This document shows positions 25,556 to 37,310 of a stretch of 64,000 nt of DNA, in pieces. The notes under the pieces were generated by a model. It made no database searches and was not told the DNA's origin. It saw only the letters and a program-made list of their open reading frames with translations. Position 1 is the first letter of the stretch; each line of letters opens with the position of its first letter. Both the position numbers and the translations under genes were made by a program. This DNA comes from Carcharhinus longimanus (lineage: Eukaryota): contig JASCQW010000099.1 of NCBI GenBank assembly GCA_030264375.1, forward strand, positions 17,239,874 to 17,303,873. The letters run 5' to 3'.

Positions 25556-26740
25556 GGGTGCAATGTCACAATCTCGTTGTGCTCGTGCATCGGAGTGGTG
25601 AGGTTGTAAGATTGCATGAGAGGCCAAAAATGCGAATCGAGCCTGTTTTCCCACTGGTTCCCATCATATAAAATGCTTTTTCCTGGGCGTTATGAGATCA
25701 TAGAATGAACTTCATGCAAGTGTGTGCATGACACTGAGGCAGCGTGCACGACAGCATCATACTGCGAAGCTCTGACATCCCCAGCCTCTTCAAGGGGCAG
25801 CCCAAGCAGTTGGGCTGGCTGCTGGAAAATAAGGGAAATCCGCTAAGGACATGGCTGATGATGCCAGTTCAGAGGCCACAGATGGAGTTGGAGACCCATG
25901 ACAAAGAGGCTCACGCTGCCACCCAGTCAATCAAGCGATGGCATTAGGCTCCTCAGGATGCAGTTTCATTGTCTAGACTGCTCTGGCAGGGCCCTCCAGC
26001 ACAGACCCCTGACAGTTTCCCACATCGTTGTGGTGGGCTATGTGCTCCACAACCTGGTGCAGCAGTGGGAAGGCTTCTTGGAGGAGGTGGAGGGTGACCT
26101 GGTGGACATCCCGGGGAGGGGGGGTTGGCAGGGGAATGGTTGGGGAGGGGGGAGGTCCAGGAGGATGTGGAGATGGAGGAGGATGAGTAGCAGGAGACCA
26201 AGGAGGATCTGGGGGAGGAAGGCTGGTGGCAGCAAGGGTCCANNNNNNNNNNNNNNNNNNNNNNNNNNNNNNNNNNNNNNNNNNNNNNNNNNNNNNNNNN
26301 NNNNNNNNNNNNNNNNNNNNNNNNNNNNNNNNNNNNNNNNNNNNNNNNNNNNNNNNNNNNNNNNNNNNNNNNNNNNNNNNNNNNNNNNNNNNNNNNNNNN
26401 NNNNNNNNNNNNNNNNNNNNNNNNNNNNNNNNNNNNNNNNNNNNNNNNNNNNNNNNNNNNNNNNNNNNNNNNNNNNNNNNNNNNNNNNNNNNNNNNNNNN
26501 NNAAAACAAGTCTGACTCCTACCTGGTCACCGCATGCACACTGATGTCTTGGACTATGTTTGGGTGGCAGTTGAGGGCACCACCGTTGCTGCAATGTCCC
26601 AGAGATGGGAAAGGGGTGCGATTGTAGGGTCCAGGTTGAATGACACTGTGGGCCTGCAGGGCACCGACAGCTGGTACAGTTTGTGGTGACTCTTTGGAAT
26701 GCCACGTCAGTCAGGAGTATGCCATGGGCGTTGGGATATG
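25556..26740 (+). mobile_element. PIF/Harbinger transposon remnant (HARBI1-like DDE transposase C-terminal half at 25735-26075, frameshifted)
   Basis: HDSIILRSS..GWLLENKGNPLRTWLMMP..EAHAAT, then IRLLRMQFHCLDCSGRALQH..VLHNL and an acidic tail. Boundaries approximate. Confidence 0.8.
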
Positions 26741-26744
26741 AAGG

Positions 26745-27439
26745 TTTAAACAGAGCCACTCTCCCACTCATCTGTGGAATTAAGAGAGAGACAACACATG
26801 TCACCTATAACAGGATTAAACTGCCTGATAAAGTGAAGAACACAACGATGGATCTTCTTTGATTCTTTATTTCTGGATCATTCTGCTCCTCTCTGTTTCG
26901 CTGTCCCCTCAGTTTCCTGCAGGCTAAGCTGGCCAGCAGGACGCGCCTGACGGTGAGAGTATTGAGCAGCAGTATCAGCACAAAAGGGGGCACTGGAATT
27001 AAAATACGGCCGAAAGCTATCCACACAGGTGAATAGTAGTAGTAGATCTGATACATAACAAACATAACTGAATCGTACAGTCTGTATTTGGAAAACACTG
27101 GGATGTTGGTTAACAAACTCAACACACTCGCCGTTGTGATGATGGCTGCTGTTTTCTCAGTCTAGTATTTTATCTTCAATTTCTGGAAGCAAATGGTCAC
27201 CATTCGGTCAAAGTTGAAGACGACTGTGAGCCAGACAGAGCTCTCTATGGCGGTGGATGATATCACTTCTCTGATGTTACAGAACAAATAATACAGATTT
27301 AAGAAATTCATTTTGCACACAATGACGTCAAGAATGATGACCAGTGGATCTGCCAGGGCCATAGAAATTAGATACCAAGTGACATCTTTGGAAAGACCAC
27401 ACCTCCCTCGAGATAGAGCCACAATTGTGACAAAGTAAG
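26745..27439 (-). pseudogene. GPR139-like unit C, exon 2 (TM1b-TM6)
   Basis: TIVALSRGRCGLSK..YLISMALAD..SVWLTVVFNFDRMVTIC..PFVLILLLNTLTVR..DPEIKNQRRS. In-frame TAG at 27162-27164 and 26805-26807, acceptor reads TG, and TM7 is missing. Confidence 0.9.
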
Positions 27440-27829
27440 CAATTTAAAAAAGCAGTTACATAAAATTGTCCATTGTATAGAATGAAAAATATGACAAGCT
27501 AAATGGATAAATGTTGGAATTTAAAACATTACAACTGAGATTGTGTCAAGTCAACTTGCCAACTAACCAATACTCTTCTCATGCAGTATAAATTGTTGTT
27601 CTGTTTAAAGTTGATATTCTTGTGAAATGTCCATATCAATGTAAGATGAGAATGTTCAAAAGCACGTCTCTTTCTTCAGCAATCCTCAATTCTGCACGAG
27701 CAAATCCCAAAAATGGAGATTGATAATGCAGTGGGTGGTGAAGGAAAGTTACAGTGTTTAGGGGCAGCAGGTACTGCACCTAAAGATCAGCCATGATTTT
27801 CTGTTGAGGTCCTGGGCTCCCGTCGACAC

Positions 27830-28145
27830 AGGGTGGCACGGGGGCATGTTAGCACCACTGCCTCACAGCAGCAGGGACCCATGTTCAATTCCGTCCTTGA
27901 GTGACTATGTGGACTTTGCATGCACTCCACGTGCCTGCGTGTGTTTCCTCTGGGTCCTCCAATTTTTTCCCACAGTCCAAAGATATGTGGGTCAGGTGGA
28001 TTGACCATGTTAAATTGCCCCTTCATATTCCAAGCTGTGTTTGATAGGGGGATGTAAATGCGTGGGGTTACGGGAATAAAGTCTGGGTAGAGTGCTCTGT
28101 TGGAGAGTGTGGACTGAATTCTTCTGCACTGTAAGGTTTCTGTGA
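27830..28145 (+). mobile_element. HE1-type SINE
   Basis: tRNA-like head, V core, ctgcactgtaagg tail. Confidence 0.8.
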
Positions 28146-28339
28146 AACTGTGTAAGAGACAAGAGCGCTGCCAACCGAGCCATTGGCACCTAATGGGGAC
28201 AATTCTTGCAGCCCCTCCCATTGGCCAGTCTCCCTGCTCTCACGGAAGCCAATGGGCTATTGAACGTTTTGCACATTTTAAAGGCCTGCCCCAGATGTGA
28301 CACAGCCATGATATTCCAGCCAATGGGCTCTTTCCAACA

Positions 28340-31300
28340 GTGACATAGAAACATAGATAGAAACATAGAAAATAGAAGCGGGAGTTGGCCATTTGGCCCT
28401 TTGAGCCTGCTGCACCATTCATTTTCATCATGTCTGATCATCAAAATCAATACCCTGATCCCACCTTCTTCCCATATCTCTTGATCCCTTTAGCCCCAAG
28501 AATTAAACTTAATTTCTTCTTGAAATCACACAATTTTTTGCCCTCAACTACTTTCTGTGGTAGTGAATTCCATACATTCACCACAGCCTTGGTGAAGAAA
28601 TTTAGTCTCACCTCGGTACTAAACATTTTACACCTTATTCTCAAAATGTGATCCCTAATTCTGGACTTCCCCACCAGCAGAAACATTCTTCCTGAATCTA
28701 CCCTGTTTCATCCTGTTAGAATTCTGTATATTTCTATGATACCCCCACTCACCCTTCTAACCTCCTAACTGACTTAATCTCTTCTTATATGACAGACCTG
28801 CCATCCAAGGAATTAGCCTGGTCAACCTTTGCTGCACTCTTTCTAATAGCAAGGACATCCTTCCTCAAATAAGGACACCAAAACTGCACACAGTACTCCA
28901 GGTGTGGCCCCACCAATGCTCTATACAATTAAAGTAAAACATCTATATTCATATACTCACATCCTCTTGCTATGAAGCCCAGCATACTATTTGCCTTCTT
29001 TACTTCTTGCTTTAGCTGTGCACTTACTTTCAGTGAGTGATGCATGAGGATACCAAGGTCTCACTGAGCTTCCTACTCTCTCAATTTATGCCTGGTCAAT
29101 AATAATCTGTCTTCCTGTTTTTGCTACCAAAATGGATAACCTCACAGATGTCCACATTATACTGATTCTGCTATGCATATGCCCACACACTCAGCCTGCC
29201 CAAATCATGCTGAAGCATCTCTGCATCCTCCTCACAGCTCACCCTTCTGCCTAACTTTGTATCATCTGCAAAGGTGGAGATAATATATTTAATTCCCTCT
29301 CCCAAATCATTGATACATAATGTGAACAATTGATCCCTAGCACAGATCCCTGTGGTTCCCCACTAGTTACTACTTGCCAATTGAAAAAAATACCCACTTC
29401 TGCCAATTCTTTGATTCCTATCTGCTAATCAGTTTTCAATCCATCTCAAGACACCACCCGCAATCCCATGCGCTTTAACTTTACATAATAGTCTGCTATG
29501 TGAGACCTTTTTGAAAGCTTTCTGAAAGTCCAAATAAACCACATCCACTGGCTCCCCCGGTCAACTTCACTTGTTACATTTCAAAGAATTCCAATAGAAT
29601 CGTCAAAAATGATTTCCTTTTTGTAAATCATGTTGACTTTATCTGATTATACCACTGCTTTCCAAATGCTGAGCTATGAAATCCTCGATAATGGACTTTA
29701 CCAATATTAGGCTCACTGATCTGTAGTTCTCTTTTTTTCTCTCTAGCTCCCATTTTGAATAATGGGCTTGCATTAGTTATCCTTCAATCTGCAGAAATCT
29801 GTCCAGAATCCAAAGAATTTTGAAAAATGACCTCCAATATATCCACTATTTCCTGGGCCACTTCCTTAAGCACTCTGAGTTGAAAATAATCAGGGCTGGA
29901 GATAAAACCACCTTCAATCCTGTCAATTTCCCTAAAACCATTTTTCTACTAATACTGATTTTCTTCAGCTCCTCACTAAAACTTTTCTCTCTGAACTTCT
30001 GTACATTATTTATCTCTTCCTTTGTGAAGATAGAAGCAAAGTGCGAATTTAGTTCCTTGGCCATTACTATGTTCCAAATTCTGAATTCTCCCGTTTCTGT
30101 CCGTAAGGGGCCTACATTCATTTTTGTCAATCTTTTTCTCTTAACATACCTTTAAAAACTTCTACAGTCAGTTTTTATGTTCCCCACGAGCTCACTTTCA
30201 TAGTCTCTTTTTTCCCAATTAAATCAATCCTTTGATCCTTCTTTACTGAATTTACAGTTAAAGTTTATTTATTAGTGTCACTGTAGGCTTATGTTAACAC
30301 TGCAATGAAGTTACTATGAAAACCCCCCCAGTTGCCATACCCTGGTGTCTGTTCAGGTACCCTGAAGGAGAATTTAGTATGACCAATGCACCCAACCAGC
30401 ACATTTTTTGGACTGTGGGAGGAAGCCAGAGCATCCATACAAAACCCATGCAGGCACAGGGAGAACAACTCTGCACAGACAGTGACTCAAGCCAAGAATT
30501 GAACCTGGGTCCCTGGAGCTGAGAGTGCTAACCACTGTGCCACCAATAATGCTCCCAATCCTCAGGTCTATTTTTTTTCTTGCCAATTTGTATGCTTCTT
30601 CCATGAATTCAACACTATCTCTAATTTCCCTTTTAATCCATGGTTTGGCCACAATTTCCTTACCACCAAACATGAATAAACAACTTCTGGAGTTCACCTA
30701 TTCGTGGCATAAATGCCTGCCATTGCCTATCCACTGCCCTTCCTTTCAGTAATGTTTCCCAGTGTATCAAAATCAATTCAAACCTCTATCATCATAGTTC
30801 CTTTGAGATTCAGGGCCCTTGTTTCAGAATCAACTGCATCATTTTTCACTTTGAGAATGAATCCTATCATATTATGGTCAGTGATCTCCAAGGATTCTCT
30901 CATAACTAGATTGCCAGCTAATTCTTTCTCATTGCAGAGTATCCGAACCAAGATAGCCTGCTCCCTTGTTGGTTCCCTTGGGAGATTGAATATAAAAGTA
31001 GGGAGGTCTTGCTGCAACCGTACAGGGCACTGGTGAGGCCGCAGCTGGAGTACTGTGTGCNNNNNNNNNNNNNNNNNNNNNNNNNNNNNNNNNNNNNNNN
31101 NNNNNNNNNNNNNNNNNNNNNNNNNNNNNNNNNNNNNNNNNNNNNNNNNNNNNNNNNNNNTTACTTTCCCAATCTAAATGCAGATTAAAGTCACCCATAA
31201 TCCTTTAACACATGCATCTTTGATTTCCTGTCTAATGCTATTCCCAACATTACCACTATTTTGATGATTTGTAAACCACCCCCACAAATTTTTTTTTGCC

Positions 31301-31470
31301 CCTTGGTGTTTGTTAATTTGACCTATACAGATTCTACATTGTCTGTTCTAATATCTTTCCTCAATAGTATTAGTATGTCAATATTTCCTTTAATCAACTA
31401 TGCAACTCCACCATCTTTCCCTTTCTGACTGTCACTCCTAAACATCGAATAGTCCTCAATGTTTTGTTCC
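28340..31470 (-). mobile_element. Long decayed CR1 LINE (endonuclease, RT, 3' tail) in the intron of unit C
   Basis: (tttctatg)n tail at 28345-28375; NFFTKAVVNVWNSLP; FADD near 29265; REPTREQAIL; MGDFNLHLDW. Confidence 0.9.
30255..30545 (-). mobile_element. V-SINE nested in the CR1 (duplicated at 32740-33030)
   Basis: SINE head and core interrupt the CR1 at the same point in both duplicate copies. Confidence 0.85.
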
Positions 31471-32013
31471 AATCTTGGGATGTCGCTTCAATATCAATCT
31501 ATTGTCTTCGAAAGACTTTAGGATATCCTAAAGTTGTGAAGCGCACACATGAGTTCCAATCATTTTTTGTATATAATGCGTTAGTCTGTGTTAGAAAACA
31601 TTTCAAAATCATTGAAAAGATTTTTAATCACACATCTCACACCATTGAAGAAAACTGCACCCGCCAATATAGGCTGAGACATATACCTATGTAAGTAGAG
31701 GGAGAGAAATAAAAATTACAATGGATCCTCACTTCATGCTGGAAATAAATCAATTGGATTGTGGAAATCAATCCATGGCTAGTTAGAATCCATTGACTGT
31801 GGCAGAACAAACACAACAGTATTGACTGAAGCAGATTGACTCCAGTCTGAATATCTGAAGCAGTGGAGAGGCTGCAGTAAAGGATATTGAGGAATGTCAA
31901 TGATCAAGCAGAATTTGAAATAATCACCAAAAACATAAGTACTTGTAACAAATTCTACACCAGCAAGTTCCATTATCAAAGCAATCAAACCAGCAATGGT
32001 TATGATAACTCAT

Positions 32014-32095
32014 ATAGAACTCCAAACACTCCAAGGATGTGATAGAAAAAGGGTGCAACATGAGAGAGTAGAAATATTACATCCACCTGAACCAT
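32014..32095 (-). pseudogene. GPR139-like unit C, first coding exon (donor mutated)
   Basis: MVQVDVIFLLSHVAPFFYHILGVFGVL plus 1 nt, followed by ATGAGT where unit B has GTGAGT. Confidence 0.8.
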
Positions 32096-33509
32096 GCTCT
32101 ATGATGAATTCTATTGTCCTTTAGTTTTCATTGACTCACTGAACTTACTCAGTGGAACCATTTATTAATATAGGTGAGTGACACCCACTGAGACCGTGAG
32201 GCTTACATAAACATTGTTATTAGTTCCAGTAATTGGACTAAAGATTAGACATGCATGAAACCTCAATTAGTTAAAGGAAAACAGAATTGTTTTACTTATA
32301 CTTGATCAACAGAAACACAAGCACTGAATAGAAACATCATGGAAGTGGCTACAGAAAAGAGTCCTTTCAACTTCTCATACCTGCTCTATCCACTGAAAAA
32401 ATGAACCACTCACACCCCTTTCACTCTAATTTAACTCTACTTCAGCCCCCACAGAAACTTCCTTCTCTCTGAATTTCTGGTACGTTATTCATGTCGTCCT
32501 TTGTGAAGACAGAAGCAAAGTACGTATTTAGTTCCTCAGCCATTTCATTACTTTGTTTCAAATTCGGAATTCTCCTGTTTCTGTCTGTAAAGGGCCTATA
32601 TTCATTTTTATCAATTTTTTTCTCTTTATACATTTTTTAAAAAAACTTTTAGTCAGTTTTTATGTTCCCCACTCGCTAACTTCCATACTCCTTTTTTCCA
32701 ATTAAATCAATCCCTTGATCCTTCTTTGCTGAAATTACAGTTTAAAATGTATTTATTGGTGTCACAAGTAGACTTATGTTAACACTGCAGAGAATTTACT
32801 ATGAAGAATCCTTAGTTTCCACACCCTGGTGCCTGTTCGGGTACCCTGAGGGAGAATTTAGCATTGCCGATGCACCCAACTAGCACATTTTTCAGAGTGT
32901 GGGAGGAAATCAGACCATCCATAGGAAACCCAAGCAGACACAGGGAGAATGTGCAGAATCCATACAGACAGTGACCCAAGGTGGGAATTGAACCTGGGTC
33001 CCTGGAGCTGAGATTGCAAACCACAGTGGCATCGGAACTGCTCCCAATCCAAAATTGACATGATTTATCATACCAATTTTTATGCGTTTTCCTTGAATCT
33101 AACACTATCTCTAATTTCCCTTTTAATCCATGGTTTGGCCACAATTTCCTGACCAACAAACAGGAATAAACAACTCCTGGAATTCACCTACTCCTTCCTT
33201 AAATGCCTGCCATTGCCTGTCCACTGTCCTTCCTTTAGTAATGTTTCCCAGTCCATCATAGCCAATTCATACTGCAGACCATCATAGTTCCTTTACTGAG
33301 ATTCAGAACCCTTGTTTCAGAATCAGCTACGTCATTATTTACTTTGAGGATGAATTCTATCATTTTATGGTCACTCATTCTTCAGGGTTCTTATTGTTCC
33401 AGAAAACCATCCTGTATACATTCCAGAAATTCCTACTCTATTGTACTGTGACTAATTTTACTTTTCCAATCTAAATGCAGATTAAAGTCACCCATAATCA
33501 CATTTGTTC

Positions 33510-34174
33510 TGTTAGCAAATTTTCTGAAATTGGGTATATAATATGAAAACAGACTAAACTGCACTCAGAACCCCTCCATTAAGGATCACAAGGGAACAGA
33601 TCCAGACAAGCAGGCAAAAGGCAAGCTTCTAAAATGCAAACAAGGTCTAACACACAAAGGGAACCAGACAGGATGGCACCAACAGAAACTAAATTAAAAG
33701 TACACCCTCATCTAATCAAATCAACACCACTGACCTAATCAAGTGATATCAGGAAGCCTCTACAGAAACACCTAAGGAGAGGATTAACATAACTAAGGAA
33801 ACCTTCTTGGCCTCAAAAGACTTCCTGAATTCAGCCAAACACCCATTGTTCAAGAAACCTCGGAGATTCTAGACCATTGATAAACCCATCAGACAGAAAC
33901 GATTACCATACTTAGAACATCGATACTGTACTTGAAAACATCGAAACAGAATGGTCAGAGTCAAACACTGTAAACAAAACATTAACATTTGAATCATACA
34001 ACGTGTCAAAGTTTGAGTATAACTGTAGCCCATTGCTGCGGGCTTGTAGAGTGTTTTCGGGACAGTGCTGTTTGGATGTCCTGATTGCACCTCCGTCGAT
34101 GTTAAATAAAACTGTACCGCTGTTGAACCTGACTCTGAGTCTGTAGTGGTCGTGTTTGCCCGCTCACGCTAACA
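33510..34174 (+). mobile_element. Solo LTR (665 bp) with 4-bp target-site duplication
   Basis: Termini TGTTAGC...GCTAACA, flanking gttc at 33506-33509 and 34175-34178, TATAA near 34018, AATAAA near 34106. Absent from the duplicate copy near 31200. Confidence 0.9.
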
Positions 34175-34978
34175 GTTCCTTTAACACATGCATCTCTGCT
34201 TTCCTATTTAATGCTATTCCCAACATTATCACTAGTTTAGTGGTCTGTAAACCACCCTAACAAATGTTTTTTTGCCTCTTGGTGTTTCTTAACTCGACCT
34301 ATACAGCTTCTACATTGGCTGTGCTAATATCTTTCCTCAATATTATATCAATATTTTCTTTAATCAACAATGCAAGTCCACCACCCTTTCCTTTCTGTCT
34401 GCCCATCCTAAACACTGAATAGTCCTCAATGCTTTGTTTCCATCATTGGGATGCCACTCCAATAGTAATCCATTGACTATAAAATACTTTAGGACATCCT
34501 AAGGTTGTGAAGAGCACTATATGATTCCAGTCATTTCTTGTAGATAATTCACTAGCCTGTGTTAGAAAACATTTCAAAATCATTGAAAAGATCTTTGGCC
34601 ACATATCTCACACCATTGAAGAAAACTGCATCCACTAATATGGGCTGAGATATATACCTGTATAAGTAGAGAGAGATATACAAATTACAATGGATCGTCA
34701 CTCCTGGAAATAAATCAACTGGATCGTGGAAATCGATTCATGGTTAGTTAAGATCTACTGACTGTGACAGGACAAACACAGCAATATTGAATGAAGCAGA
34801 TTGACTCCACACTGAATATCTGAAGCATTGGAGAGGCTGCAATAAAGGATATTGAGGAATATCATTGATCAAACAGGATTTGAAATAATCACCACAAACA
34901 TAAGTACCTGTAACAAATTCTACACTAACAAGTTCCACTATCAGAGTAGTCAAACCAGCAATGGTTATAATAACTCAT

Positions 34979-35060
34979 ACAGAACTCCGATCACTCCAAG
35001 AATGTGATAGAAAACAGATGTGACATGAGAGAGCAGTAATATTACATCCACCTGAACCAT
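34979..35060 (-). pseudogene. GPR139-like unit D, orphan first exon
   Basis: MVQVDVILLLSHVTSVFYHILGVIGVL plus 1 nt, then ATGAGT. No exon 2 of its own. Confidence 0.8.
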
Positions 35061-35479
35061 GCTCTGTGATGAACTCTATTGTCCTTTAATTTTCATTGAC
35101 TCTCTGAGCTCACTCACTCAGTGGAACGCTTTATTAATACTGGTGAGTGATACCCACTGAGACCATGAGGCTTATGTAAACGTTGTTACCAGTTCCAGTA
35201 ATTGGCGTAAATAGATTACACATGCATGAAACCTCAAATAGTTAAAGAAAAACAGGATTGTTTTATTTACACTTGATAAACACCAGCAGAAACACTGGAA
35301 TAGAAACATCATGGAATTGGCTACAGAAAAGAGTTCACTTAACTTCTCATATTTGCTTTGGCTGTTGAAAGAATGACTCATTCAAATCTTTTTCCTCTCC
35401 TTTCCCAATATCTTTTATCCTTGGATATACCTTCAATGGATTAACTGTACTGTTGGGTGCTGCAAAATCTAATAAGTTT

Positions 35480-35791
35480 TGTGTGCGTATGCGTGTGCGT
35501 ATGAGTCACTGTGTGTTTATGAGCGTGTGTGTGTGAGAGAGAGACTGTGTGTACATATGTGTGTGCAAGGGTGTATGTGTGTGAGTGTGTGTATGTGTGT
35601 GAGGGCGTGTGTATGAGTATGGGTGTATGAGTGTACGTGACTGTGTGTATGAGTATGTGTGTATCGGGGTGTGTCTATGTGAGTGTGAGGCTGTGGGTGT
35701 GTGAGATTGTGTGTGTGTGTGTGTGTGTGCAAATGTGTTTGTATGTGGATGCTTGTGAGTAAGTGTGTATGACTGTGAATGTGTGTGTGTG
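35480..35791 (+). repeat. Degenerate (TG)n-rich microsatellite
   Basis: Read directly. Confidence 0.95.
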
Positions 35792-36139
35792 AATCTTCTG
35801 GACTACGATAGTGCAGAGTAAATGAGACTTCGGTTCTCTATACTGATGGAAGACTTTTCCATTGTCATCATCCCTCATCATTTCAGTGTCAAATCTGCTG
35901 AAACATTTGTAAAGAGCACTGACTAATAAAATATATATGGAATCTTTACAAATTTCGTGATAACTTTTCCCTCTGAAATTTCCTCAAACAACATTGATAA
36001 TGGAAGCTGCCAATGTCAAACTGTCACACTGTAATGAGAGCCTCCCACCAGAGGATGTTCTGCAGCATTATCCCTGACGAGAGGAGGTAACACAGAGAGA
36101 GAGGTTTCTAAAGGGAGGTAGAGGGGAGAGTTCAAGATT

Positions 36140-36465
36140 GAGCATATAGTATATTGAGTATCCAGCATAATCACGGAACCCACACATTCCAAGCTACTCT
36201 CTTCCACCTTCCAATGGGCAAAGGATACAAAAGTCTGAAAACACGTACCAATCGACTCAAGAATAGCTTCTTCCCTGCTGCCATTAGAGTTGTGAATGCT
36301 CACAAAGGGAGCTGATCTTTTTCTTTAACCTACCTGTAATTGCAACACTAAATTCAATAATCTGTCCGTTTGCGCTATGTGCTCTAGAAATGTATGTTTT
36401 TGTCTGTACAAGAACCGATATGTTCACTGTGTCGCAGTACATGTGACAAAAATAAATCAATTCAA
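36140..36465 (+). mobile_element. Rex1/Babar-type LINE 3' end
   Basis: LP.G..YKSLK.RTNRLKNSFFPAAIR remnant and an aataaatcaattcaa tail. Confidence 0.8.
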
Positions 36466-36685
36466 TTGACAACAGAAACAAAATCTCTGAGGGGATTTTC
36501 CAGTGTGCGGACCCCAAGACAGGAAAATCCCATCATGGTCAATGGACTAAGCTTATAACCATTACTCTCCCAATGCCTCCTTCTTCTGTTTGCTGTCATC
36601 TTTGACCACTTGCGTTCTTGTGAAGCACCTTGGAATGCGAGGTCAGGTTGTAACTGAGAGCTATCATCAATTTGATTAAATCCAT

Positions 36686-36812
36686 TGGGCGGGATTTTAC
36701 AGCTTCGCTTGTCCCAAAACCATAAAATCCCATACGAGGTCAACAGACCTTCCCATTGTCCGCTTATCTCCCGCTTCGATTTCTATGGCAGACAGGGCAG
36801 TAAAATTGTGAC
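36686..36812. mobile_element. Short MITE-like element (relatives at 3443-3572, 55845-55960, 57672-57790)
   Basis: Imperfect terminal inverted repeats gggcgggattttac...gtaaaattgtgacc and a shared internal aaaatccc...gtcaa..gacct segment. Confidence 0.55.
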
Positions 36813-37310
36813 CACTGGATCATTTTGGTTCACTCAGATTAGGAGTTTAGGAAACACTGAAAGAGATCATTTATTATAACAGGAACCACCTTTATAAACA
36901 GGAACCACCCTTTTAAAACTCTTCCATCTTCTCAAGATGGAGCAGAATTTATTCCCCATGAAAATTTCCATCCTCATTCTCATTATTTTCTTTATTTTAT
37001 ACCCGCCCCATTCCGCTCTGAGCGATTGCTAAGATAAAGAATTGAGTAAAATCCATCACCATTCTGGCCATTTCGAAGCTGTGGTAATTTTCCGGAGGGA
37101 AACCTCACACATAGAGCTGGGACATTTCCATCAACACATCAGTTTGCAAAATTAGCGGGATGATCCAGCCCCCAGTTACCAGTGGCCCGGCTAAAGAAAG
37201 GAAAAATATTTTGACTTTAGGACATTTCAGTTACAATGACTGACATTGCGGTATTTATAAGTTAACACCCTTGTTGTGAATTTGGATTGTTGGTCTTGAC
37301 TTTATGACAC

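Larger units (their letters stand above)
32430..35400. repeat. Tandem segmental duplicate of about 29960-32420 (CR1 part, SINE, exon 1 and promoter)
   Basis: Collinear similarity: 32430-33390 with 29960-30910, and 33455-33500 plus 34175-35400 with 31161-32420. Confidence 0.9.

Noticed and set aside
25735-26075. Possible domesticated HARBI1 gene
   Set aside because: Frameshifted, the catalytic-region GD motif reads EN, and the N-terminal half is absent; it is a transposon relic.
27520-27700. Possible third Penelope-type end with a hammerhead remnant
   Set aside because: Too degenerate; neither CTGATGA nor a paired stem II can be read.
35517-35732. His/Thr-rich ORF
   Set aside because: Translation of a (CA)n microsatellite.
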